In this document: in pieces, positions 1 to 12,000 of the stretch | Numbering within the stretch: position 1 is the stretch's first letter | Layout of the letters: each line of letters begins with the position of its first letter | From: Hormiphora californensis | Lineage: Eukaryota; Animalia; Ctenophora | DNA length: 64,000 nucleotides | Direction of reading: 5' to 3' | Assembly (NCBI GenBank): GCA_020137815.1 | Contig: CM035362.1 | Location: 1,116,001 to 1,180,000 of the forward strand | Made by a program: the position numbers and the translations under genes | The notes under the pieces: model-generated | Database searches by the model: none | What the model was told of the DNA's origin: nothing | What the model saw: only the letters and a program-made list of their open reading frames with translations

Positions 1-81
1 TAATGCCAGCTGATGGGGGATCATTGATTAAATCATTATACGTCCGATGACAAAATTAAAATGTGTATTGCTAAGGCAAGT

Positions 82-139
<58 letters not shown>

Positions 140-148
140 TCTCCTCTC

Positions 149-189
<41 letters not shown>

Positions 190-835
190 TTTGTTCTCTC
201 TCAGTCTCTCCTCTCTCTCTCTCTCTCTCTCTCCTTTTCCTTCCGGTGAACTCATTAGAGCTATAAATCTCACGTAAGTTTCGCAAATGTTTTTCCGTAG
301 AATGGCCCTTTCCTCTCGTACCTAGTACTAAGAAAGGAAGGGAGAAGGGTAGGGAGAATGTAGAGCTATTGGAGTTATCATGGGAAGAGTTCTACCATTC
401 CCAAGAGAACTGTTCATATTTGATTGCTGTGTCACGAGACTAGCACTACAAATGCAGTAGCGATTGGATGCATTAGAAAGTGTGATGGAGGAAGGGAAAT
501 AGTAGCAGAGCTGAGATCGTGCAATAATAGGTCGACTATTATAAACACAGGCCTGTCCTGCCTCCTCGTACTAGATTGTCCATATAGGGCATAAATTTAT
601 GACATGATGTCTCGCACTCTTTAGGTTCCCCCCAGCGGTTTGAGACACTACGTAATGCTAACATCTCTCGCTCTCTTTCACAGGGGTTCACTATCAAGTC
701 TCGATTCGCTGGAAACGAGTGCTCCAGATAAATCAAAGATCAAGATTAGTTTTAGTAATAACAGTCTTTTCAACCGGCCTGCGGGTGGTGCAACCTGCGT
801 TGCTGCAACCAGACGATCTCCTGCCGAACAGGTGA

Positions 836-1178
836 GTTTGTGAAGGAGTAATGGATATGTTTATGAAGGAGTAATGGATGTGTTTATGAAGGAGTAATGG
901 ATGTGTTTATGAAGGAGTAATTGATGTGTTTGTGAAGGAGTAATGGATGTGTTTATGAAGGAGTAATGGATGTGTTTATGAAGGAGTAATGGATGTGTTT
1001 ATGAAGGAGTAATAGATGTGTTTATGAAGGAGTAATGGATGTGTTTATGAAGGAGTAATTGATGTGTTTGTGAAGGAGTAATGGATGTGTTTATGAAGGA
1101 GTAATTGATGTGTTTGTGAAGGAGTAATGGATGTGTTTATGAAGGAGTAATGGATGTGTTTATGAAGGAGTAATGGAT
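836..1178. repeat. 23-bp minisatellite, ~15 copies
   Basis: Unit TTTATGAAGGAGTAATGGATGTG, starting immediately after CAG|GTGAGT at ~831. Confidence 0.95.
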
Positions 1179-1431
1179 GACCACATTTTGCGTCATTTCA
1201 ATTTAATATCTTCAACTCGTTTGGCGATGGTGTTCCTTAGAAATCGCCAGAATGGCGCCTCACTATTTCTCACTCCTCGTGTATTGTCCTCTCTTTCTCT
1301 CTCTCTCTCTCTTGCTTCTTTCGTAATTTCGGGAGAAGAGAGGGGAGAGAGAGACTGTTGGCTTCCGGCCAGTTGCATGCAGTGTTCACGACACGTGACG
1401 CTGCATCTTTCTCTCTCTCTTTCTCTCTTTC

Positions 1432-1469
<38 letters not shown>

Positions 1470-1483
1470 CTCTTCTTTGTCTA

Positions 1484-1545
<62 letters not shown>

Positions 1546-2476
1546 ATCCCCCTTTTAACACGTGACAACACCCTTCAGACGTGTCAATAGAAGAACGAAG
1601 CTGAAGATGATAAAAGCTCAGTAGTTTCTTCGGCCAATTGCAGAGAGATAGGAAAAAAGAAGAGGATCTAGGATTGTGTGTATCTTGTAACAGAGATGGA
1701 CGGTGTCGTTTTTTCTCAAGATGAAGGAACAATTAATATTTTTTCCGCGTTTTCTTTTCGATATAATTACCTTATTATGATAGGCCGTCAGACTAAAAGA
1801 GCTTAGAATTTCGAATTTTTAGTTGTAATATGTACACCCCAAATTCTTGGAGAAAACATCAGAAAGTTTCACCAAATTATTAATCATCGTGTTTTCACTT
1901 CTCTCAATATATCGGTTGTTTTTGGATCATTTCTTGAAAGGTTTACTCTATGATGGTTCAACGATCCCCACTCAGCTCGGTGGCTCTCAACTGCTTCGCA
2001 GCTCGCCGAGGGGGTCTACAAGAGATGGATGTGAAATGTAGACACCTTGGCGCGGTCTGCGCGCAGTTTCTACGCGCGCACATACTCCGAGATCCGGTAT
2101 AGTTGGCTGGACGCCAGGTTGGGTTGTGGCCAGGCAGCAATTGACAGAGAGAGAGATAATGTGGCCGTGTGTGTGATAGCATTGTACGTCACATGGCGGA
2201 TGTGTGTCATCTGATTAGGTAATCTTTAGGTTTTGGCATAGATCCACCGACTGGGAAATGGCTGCCGGCTGTCGTGAAGGATTGGTGATTGAACCGTTCA
2301 GTTCTCTGTTTCAGACCATATGAATGGCGGCTGTCTAGGGGCGATCACGAACCCCATGTAATCCTTAAAAACAGATAGAGACTGGTGCAAATGAAAAGTC
2401 AGTTATTTTAGTTTTTAGAAATGGAAAGATCATTTCATACATATCACAGCAATTTGTTTTCTCTCTCTCTCTCTCT

Positions 2477-2566
<90 letters not shown>

Positions 2567-3099
2567 CCCTCTCTCTAAAATTTTGTACAAATATACACTT
2601 ACAGACACACTAAAAGTAGCAGAAAAAAGACACCTCAATTCGTCGTAAGGGTCATAAATATTAAATAGTCGTGTCTCATCAATTTCTCAAATTCTAAAAC
2701 CTAATACAATAAATAGATACACAGAAGCAGCTGCCTCTAAAAAGTAAAATGGAATTGGCCAAAAGAAATTGAAGTCTCAGCCCACAGAAAAAATATACGA
2801 AAATCCACAATTTCCTAAATCTTAATTAAAGAACTTATATTCTCAGACACACATAAACGTATTCACATAACTAAAAACTATTAAAAACTGTAAAATAAAA
2901 AGCAACATCTGTTGTTGCATAATTCAAGGTGTAACTCAAAAGTTTTGCAGTTTTCATTTCTTTGTTTTGAGAAATGTTACAACCCAATATTTGTCTTTTT
3001 GCTCACTTTTCAATCAAACTCTCTTCACATACTGCAGCAGTATGATGGTGGGCCACATGATGTTTCCTAGCTTCTATCAAGAACAGCAGGTTGTGTCTC

Positions 3100-6000
3100 T
3101 CACCATATCAATACCTCCCCTCGCCAGGGATTATAACACTGAAGTTTGTTACAAGCTAGTTTCATTAGCCAAGCATCGTTCAGGTTGATTTCCGCTTTCT
3201 TGTTCAACATCACCCACGTGACTTGCTCAACGTCAATACCGCCCTACAGGGAATTACAGTGTAAAACTGTCATAGCACAAGCTGAACTCATGGAATTGGT
3301 GGTTTATAATATTTAAAATTGGGTGGGTAGTGAGTACTCTACTGCACCGTAGATCAAGTCGTATAAAGCATATCTCGGAAGCGTGTTCGAAACCCTCTAA
3401 AGGTCCCCCCAAACTACTATGTCCCTTGCTGCGCGCGACCGGATTTTAGACGGCCATAGCTCCACCCCCTGATAAGATAGAGACTTGAAATTTGTTTTGT
3501 GAGGAGATCATGTCGAGTTCTTCCTAGAAAACAAATTTCAAGTCTCTATCTCATCAGGGAGTGGAGTTATGACCGTGGGAAATTTTACAAAACCCGAGTG
3601 AGGGACATAGTAGTTTGGGGTGTACTTTACAAATGATCATGCTGCAATATTCATTATGAGCATGCTATAGTTACCTTTGTTGCAGTTTCTGCAACGGTCC
3701 CCTCAACGTGTACATTTGTCACACTAACCTCCACCCAGGCATTATCAGTGTTCTGAGCGTCATCGAAATAACCCTTGTACACCTAATGAGGGAAGAATTA
3801 TAGGGGTCATGATTTGTTGAGTAAGGGGGTGGGGGGGGGGGGTTACTCAACAAATCATGATGGGGATATGTGTTTAGTGGATAGTCAATATATCAGCCTG
3901 ATTATTAAATAATCAGGTAGTGGTTAAAATGGGAGGGGTGCTCGAGTGATAATGTTGCAGCAGTCTATTTGAGTAAAAGTGAAAATAAAGTGTTCCTCCT
4001 TCTCAACAAGTTTTCCCCAGCAGTCTAGCATTCGAGTCTTGTATGTGATAACATAATATCGAGGAACTATAATCCTCTTGTGTTCTATCGAGGAATCGAT
4101 ATCTTTCACAGCAGGCTGCTCAAACGATTTACTTGGGGCTGTAAGGGTACAAAAAGGCCACCCAGTCCCCTGAGTAAGCTATACTTTGTGAGGTTGGGAA
4201 CATCAATTTTTCTTTTGCTGTGTATGACAATAGTCGCGTGCAGGGCCAACCAGAGTGTGGTTGGGTCTGGGGATGGGTAAAGGGTCAAATAGGTCAGTAC
4301 TTGGTAATTCGGAAATCTGGGAAAGATGAGCGTGGAGATTGGTTAAGCAAGCATTCGACAAGGTATGTTTGATGTTAAACACATTACCGTCGCTGGCCGA
4401 GGGCCCACCTAAATGTAGGGAATGTGTTAGGGTCTCCCAGTATTTGATCCGCACTAGGGTCCGGCCAATGGATTACTGAAGATGGATTAGGGGTTTGGGA
4501 TGGGGTTAGATTTGGGGAAATTCGAGAAATACGTACAGAGAACTTGATGGGAATTTGACAAGTTATCATTGACAAGGTATGAGATAAGATTACAAGAATC
4601 TGCATGAAGGGTAAGGAGGCGCATACGGGTAAATAATGAAGAGGAGAATGAGAGACCAGTATGAGAAGCCCGACCAATAGGACCGAGGATCGAGCCACTG
4701 GTTCTGAAGAGGACTAGTTAGAAGAGAATGAAGAGTTGAGATGTTCGATCTGAAGAGACAGAGTTACGAACTTGCCAATAGGATTGAAATAGGTTATCAC
4801 TAGAGAGGACGAGAGTAAGAGAAAGATTGAGTACAATAACTGAGAGAGTAAAGAGAGAGTAAAAGACATACAGGAGGAGAGACGACGGAAGAACCGAAGT
4901 CGGATGAGACCGGAACGAGAGAGACGAGGAACTGGCGCACGGCGAAGACTACGAGAGACGGATGCGAGGAGAGAGAGAGGGAGAGGGGGATGAGGACTGA
5001 GAGAGGAGAGAGTGATGGAAGAAGAGGATGAGAGAGAGACGAGGATGAGGAAATCGAGAAGGAGGAGAGAGAAGAGAGAGGGATCACATGGAATACCGTA
5101 CCAGTTGATATTGGTTGCCAGTTAAGCTGGTTCTGTCCATTGCTCCATCTACCTCATTAAACTTTATCTTGGACCTACAGGGAACACGAGTTGTGTGACT
5201 TGGTTACGATACTTTGATGGGGGTTAGATGTTGTGAGATGGGTATTTGAACATCCAGTCAACAGTGTACTCGGAAGGTGTCAGGTAATGAACCGTAGAAT
5301 AGTGGCACCTGGCGTCCTGGCCTGAATTTTATATAAACTGCGTTTCGGAAAAGTAACAACTCACATTTCTTCAGTGTCTGTTTCCTCAACAATTTCACTG
5401 GTGTACTCTGTTGGATCATAGAACACGTGCATTGAATTCCATGGGATCTGTTCCGGTAATAGTGGGGCCCGCTTAACGTCCGGAGCATCTGAAATATAAT
5501 GGGAGAATAGAATGGGCTATCTTTACCCAGCTTTGTCTGCCCCGATGATCAGACATTTTCTTCTAGGAACTCCATGAAAATCATTATCTTATCTACTTTG
5601 CCTCACTGGGCGGTCTCGAATCTCTATGCCCCCGGGTTACAACATACCTTGATAAGGTGATAGTAAAGAGTGTCGATGGGGTGGCATGAACTGACCAAAT
5701 CCACCACCCCCACCCATTCCACCGCTGGGGCCACCCTTTTTAACAACCTTCTCCAACTTTTCCACAGACTGCTGGACAAACGCTACCTTCCTGAATGCAG
5801 ATATGATGGTTAGAAAGAGGTGTTGCAAGTGACTATTGAAAGAGCAGGGAGAGTTCTGAGTTGGAATTGTATCATGATTGTAACTAACTGATAAACATGT
5901 GTAGCACTACTAGCAGTAGACTTACGTGTGTAGTTTTTCTACCAGGGTGGTTACGGAAACAGCTTTTTGTTTTTTCTTCCTCAGGAATATCTGCATACAC

Positions 6001-9000
6001 TCCGCTTCTATGAGAGATGCACGGAATGCATTGAAGGATGCGTTTTGACGGTTTAACTGACGGAAGATAATGGAGGTTACTTTATAGCTGCGAGAGAGCT
6101 GTCTCTGTAGACCAGATCTGAGCGATTTTGACATAAAACAGAGTTTCTACCACTATAAATCTTGAACAGATAAAATGTGTCAGATCTGGCCCAAATTTTA
6201 AGAAACTACATAACTGTCAAAATGAATGAGCTGAGCTCCGACTTCCCCGAGTTGACAATCCTGACAATTCTCTAGCCCTTACCCGTTTAATTTGACTTCT
6301 ATAAAGCTTCCTCCTGCAAACGCATTTAAGATAAATTTTCTTGAACAGCATAAGGAAGAAGTAGATTAGGGAGATGGGGTTAGGAAGCCAGGGGTGTTCC
6401 CTATACTGCAATATCACCTCCGCTCTCTGAGTCTTGTAGATAATACCTGGACGGGGGGGGGGGGGGGTGTGAGCTGGTAAAGCGGGATCTTGTTTGAAAG
6501 TTCTCCACTAATTTGTTGTCTACTGTATTTTTCCACATCGATTACAATTAGGAAATAATTCTGAGAAACTCACCTGATTTAGCTTCACTGTCAGCGTATG
6601 TGTTTGAGAAGATAGCGATTAGCAAGTTGATCAACATGATATTAACAAACAGTAGATAGGTGCACAACAGGCAGAATGTTATGTAGAAATTAACCTGAAG
6701 AGAGAGTGATTGGTTAAGAAAGTGGAAACTTGTCCAGTTTTGTTCTTTATGATTTCCCCCCGGTCCCCCATTCTCCAATTAAGCCTGTCAAAACGTGTTT
6801 CGACCTAGAACTCACTAGAGGCAAGCCAATTCCGGTTGTACATCCTAGGTATAGGCCTCCTGAACATAAAAAACCAAAATGTCAGTCTCAATTATTTGGG
6901 GGAAGGTGTGTAATTAGCCCCTAATTGATTGGTAATTGAGCACAAGGAGAAAAACGCTGTATCTACCCTTAGGAAAGGAGTAGAGACAAAATAAAGGGCA
7001 CCAAAGTGTTCAGCGTCCTCGCATTAGTGGGGGTAGGTACTGGAATTAAGTCTCTATCTCATCTGGTTAATTAGATAATTGGATAATTAGGTTTGCGCAT
7101 AACCGTTTTTAGGCTATATGGCTATATCCATGTTAGGAAAGGAGTAGAGAAAAAACTGAGGGCACTAAAATGATCAGCGTCCTCGCATTAGTGGGGGCAG
7201 GTGCCGGAATTAAGTCTCTATCTCATCCGGTTAAATGGATAATTGGATAATTAGGTTTGCGCATAACCGTTTTTAGGCTATATGGCTATAGCCACTTAGG
7301 AACGGTTTAGAGACTTTTCATTGGTGCCATTTTGTAGGCAATAGCCAAGTTATGGGGGGTCGACGTCGGACTTTTAAGCTCTATCTTCAACCGTTTAGCC
7401 GTTATTTGGCTTTAAAGGTGCTCAAAATGAGCAAAAAACGGTAATTAGCCCGATTTTGAGCACCTTTAAAGCCAAGTAACGGCTAAACGGTTGAAGATAG
7501 AGCTTAAAAGTCCGACGTCGACCCCCCATAACTTGGCTATTGCCTACAAAATGGCACCAATGAAAAGTCTCTAAACCGTTCCTAAGTGGCTATAGCCATA
7601 TAGCCTAAAAACGGTTATGTGCAAACCTAATTATCCAATTATCCAATTAACCGGATGAGATAGAGACTTAATTCCGGCACCTACCCCCACTAATGCGAGG
7701 ACGCTGATCATTTTAGTGCCCTCGGTTTTTTCTCTACTCCTTTCCTAACATGGCTATAGCCATATAGCCTAAAAACGGTTATGCGCAAACCTAATTATCC
7801 AATTATCTAATTAACCAGATGAGATAGAGACTTAATTCCAGTACCTACCCCCACTAATGCGAGGACGCTGAACACTTTGGTGCCCTTTATTTTGTCTCTA
7901 CTCCTTTCCTAAGGGTAGATACAGCGTTTTTCTCCTTGTGCTCAATTACCAATCAATTAGGGGCTAATTACACACCTTCCCCCAAATAATTGAGACTGAC
8001 ATTTTGGTTTTTTATGTTCAGGAGGCCTATACCTAGGATGTACAACCGGAATTGGCTTGCCTCTAGTGAGTTCTAGGTTTGGCCAAATATCGACACGTTT
8101 TGACAGGCTTAAATATTCAATAAGAATATTTAAAGATCTTCCAACTAAGCCCAAAAAGTAACTATAACAACAAGCTTAATTTCAGCTCTTACCTCCCCCA
8201 CTGTTGTTGCCTTTATCACATCAATACTCATGCTATCACACCAGTCGTCCGGTTCTAGGTTGTTCGATGCTGCTGTGATGGCTTCAAATACATCGTACTG
8301 GAGAGAGATATATTAGAGAGATATAATAGAGAGTTAGTGACTAACATCGGGGTATAGCCATATATGGATATCCGGTATTGACGTCAACCGTATATGGAAG
8401 ATGGGTCAAGTATTTATTAGTAAAAGTGTAAAACACATTTCTTCAATCTATTACCAGGTCTGAACTTGAGTTCCACTTTTCACACTTTGCTGCTGGTTTA
8501 AGACAGGTCCAATTAGACACCGAATCATCATACATCCAGGTCCCAAATGTACTTTCAAAGGAATCCATAGAACAATGACCTAAAAGATATTGGGTCAATA
8601 TTATATTGGTTGTTAGGTCTGTCTGGACTCTGGAGATGTCGACCAGATCTCACGCCTCACAGTCAGTTTTGAAGCAACCAAATTACCTTCAATAATTTTC
8701 GTCTCGATAGCTTCCATTCCTATGTCGCCGAAAACATTGAGATAGGCCCTTTTGAAAGAGCTGAATATAGTTTCTATAATGCTTGGATTCTTGTTAAAGG
8801 GGTACATCAGGGCCTCAGATGCGATACAGTATGTCATCGTAAACACCTGTAGAAAGGGAGGTTGTATGGGTGATTGAGGGGGGGAGCAAGTCGAGCAATC
8901 CGGATAGGGGGTGAGGGGGGGGAGCAAGTCGAGCAATCCGGATAGGGGGTGAGGGGGGGAGCAAGTCGAGCAATCCGGATAGGGGGTGAGGGGGGGGGAG

Positions 9001-12000
9001 CAAGTCGAGCAATCCGGATAGGGGGTGAGGGGGGGGGAGCAAGTCGAGCAATCCGGATAGGGGGTGAGGGGGGAGCAAGTCGAGCAATCCGGATAGGGGC
9101 CCTCACCCCCTGGTGAGGGGTTGTAAAGGAGTAAAACTGGAGGGGACGTTACCATGAGTAGAAAGAGGAAGAAGAAGAGATCAATTGACATCCGCCGGAT
9201 CATGAAGAGTTTCGGTCCAATTTTAGAGTTTATCTCAAACATCTTCATAAAGGTGAAGCAGTAGAAAGCAAAACAGATCGAAGATATCAGTCGATACAAG
9301 TGGTAATGCCTGGGGGTAGAAGATATCAGTCGATACAAGTGGTAATGCCTGGGGGTGGAAAGTAGCCACTAATCAACAATATAATGAGCCCGTTCAACTC
9401 ATTCTTATTACAGGACCTCTGAATTAAAAAATTCAAGGAATTAATTTAACTCACGAGAAATCTTCCAGATTAAATCGTTTCATCCTATCACCGGTTTCCT
9501 CATCCCCATGTTCCTCTTTAGTAAGTTGTGTTTTTAAAGTGAACCCCACAAGGAAGAGGATAACGGCCACAAAATCTAGCAAGTTGTAAACCTTCTTAAA
9601 GTGCCGTGCAAACTTCTTTCGTATTGACTTGGTGTGCTTCGCTAATATCTGGAGGGGTCAGGTGGGTCGATATCATTGGCTAATATAACTGTAGGGAGAG
9701 ATGGTGCAGGTTGGTATAACCATATTGTATGATGATTGCTACTGTTTGAATCTTTAGGTAACTCGGCCTTATCGAGCTAATCTTTGGGAATGACTTTTAA
9801 TTTTGGAGATGCTATCTAGATTATTTCAGCCCCCTGCCCCACTCCCTTAGCCCTCTGCTACAGCCTGTCCCTATACAACGGATACCTGATTGATTTCAAC
9901 AGGGAAGGTAGAGATAACGAAGATGATGGTGTAGATATCTGAAGCATTTGTTCCTTCCAGCTCACCCGCCTGTAACAAACCAGACATAAAGGTACCTGGA
10001 GGAAGAGGCGGGGTTAAGGGCTAGGGGCTAGTTACAAGGGGGTTAGGGGCTAGTTACTAGGGGTTAGGGGCTAGTTACTATAGGGGGTTAGGGGCTAGTA
10101 ACTAGGGGGTTAGGGGCTAGTAACTAGGGGGTTAGGGGTTATTTACTAGGGGGTTAGGGACTAGTTACTAGGGGGTTAGGGGCTAGTAACTAGGGCGTTA
10201 GGGGCTAGTAACTAGGGGGTTAGGGACTAGTTACTAGGGGGTTAGGGACTAGTTACTAGGGGGTTAGGGGCTAGTAACTAGGGGGTTAGGGGCTAGTAAC
10301 TAGGGGGTTAGGGGCTAGTTACTAGGGCGTTAGGGGCTAGTAACTAGGGGGTTAGGGACTAGTTACTAGGGGGTTAGGGACTAGTTACTAGGGGGTTAGG
10401 GACTAGTTACTAGGGGGTTAGGGGCTAGTTACTAGGGCGTTAGGGGCTAGTAACTAGGGGTTAGGGACTAGTTACTAGAGGGTTAGGGGCTAGTTACTAG
10501 GGGGTTATGGGCTAGTAACAAGGGGGTTAGGGGCTAGTTACTAGGGGGTTAGGGGCTAGTAACTAGGGGGTTAGGGGCTAGTAACTAGGGGGTTAGGGCT
10601 AGTAACGAGGGAGTTAGGGGCTAGTAACTAGGGGGTTAGGGGCTAGTAACTAGGGGGTTAGGGGCTAGTAAAATATAAACAAACAAACAAACAAAGAAGC
10701 ATTTGTAACGAACCCAGGAAAATGAGGTAAGTGATGGTGTTTAGGAAGAATTTGATGACGGGTGAAGTGTAATACAGTTCCAATCTTTCTCGGTGAGAAA
10801 ACTTCGGTGTGTCGTCCTCCAAAATATCTTCCATCCTGAGAGGAATATTACTAGACGTTCCCCACTATGTCCATATGTGGTAATCACGCGTTGTTTACAA
10901 TGCCCTAATATGGTAATCACGCGTTGTTTACAATGCCCTAATATGGTAATCACGCGTTGTTTACAATGCCCTAATATGGTAATCACGCGTTGTTTACAAT
11001 GCCCTAATATGGTAATCACGTGTTGTTTCACTAACTTGCGTGTCGTTCCATCTTTGTTGGTGAAGCGAGCGTTGAAGGACAGAAATATGGGCATGGGCGG
11101 GATAATGTAGAGCATTAACTGTAAAGAAAGGAACACATGTTAGATAGAAAGATTGGAACACTCTAGATCCACTCTAATTAGTTCGCCCAACATCTTCTAC
11201 TTCTTACAACCCACCACCACTATTAACCCAATTAATGCCTTCCAAGCGTTATACCCGTCACTACCCAGTTTCTAATCGTTTTACCAATTGACCCCGACAA
11301 CCCGTTATACCTTGTTGAGTAAGGGCCGTTACTCAACAAGGTATATACCCCGTTATAATACCTTCCAGGCTGGTGTGCTAGCGTGGATATTACCCATCCA
11401 AATATCAGTTAGGTAACTCTGATATGCAGCGTGGGATATAAAGTTCTTAGATCCCGTTATACTGGCAATATCGAATAGAGAGAGCAGGCCCCAGTCTGAA
11501 ATGGAGATGAAATGATATTGGGGGGGGGGGGGGAGTACCTAGTGGCCTAGATTTATATATTAACAACTAACAAGATATGGTACATTGGTACTCAAAAGGC
11601 TTTATATTTTCCAATTGGCAACTATTCCCCAATAAGAGTGGTTCTGAGACCCAGAGGCCATCAATGTAATATTGAACGACCTATAATACTAATTTCCTGA
11701 TCATCTATTAACAAACCTTTCATTTTAACAGTTAGAATGTTGATCCACTCGGACTTCTCGTAGTTATGGTAACACGCTGTCATCAGGCCACAACTCAACA
11801 TCTCAAACTCACTGGAAACGGGGGACGATAATTAGTTGTTGATAAACAGTTGTTTGTTTTAGAGAATTGGGGAATGCAATGGAGGACCAGGCAATTTCAA
11901 GCTCATATCAAAATGCTGCTAAAGAACTAATTTCAAGAAATGTGAACTCATGCATAGAATATTTCAATCAGTCCAGGATAATGCAGTTCATTCAAAACAG

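Noticed and set aside
640-843. Possible plus-strand exon ending at CAG|GTGAGT (~831)
   Set aside because: No recognisable product and no partner exons could be linked.
836-1178. CRISPR-like look of the short direct-repeat arrays (also 8872, 23047, 54772)
   Set aside because: Head-to-tail repeats with no unique spacers, no cas genes, and a eukaryotic intron context.
28-2648. ERERER / LSLSLS ORFs here and throughout the window
   Set aside because: They are translations of (GA)n/(CT)n microsatellites.
6730-8154. Two near-identical ORFs on opposite strands (6730-6924 and 7957-8154)
   Set aside because: They are mirror images from the palindromic transposon arms.
10012-10670. Interstitial telomere
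   Set aside because: TTAGGG is embedded in a 22-bp unit, not a (TTAGGG)n array.
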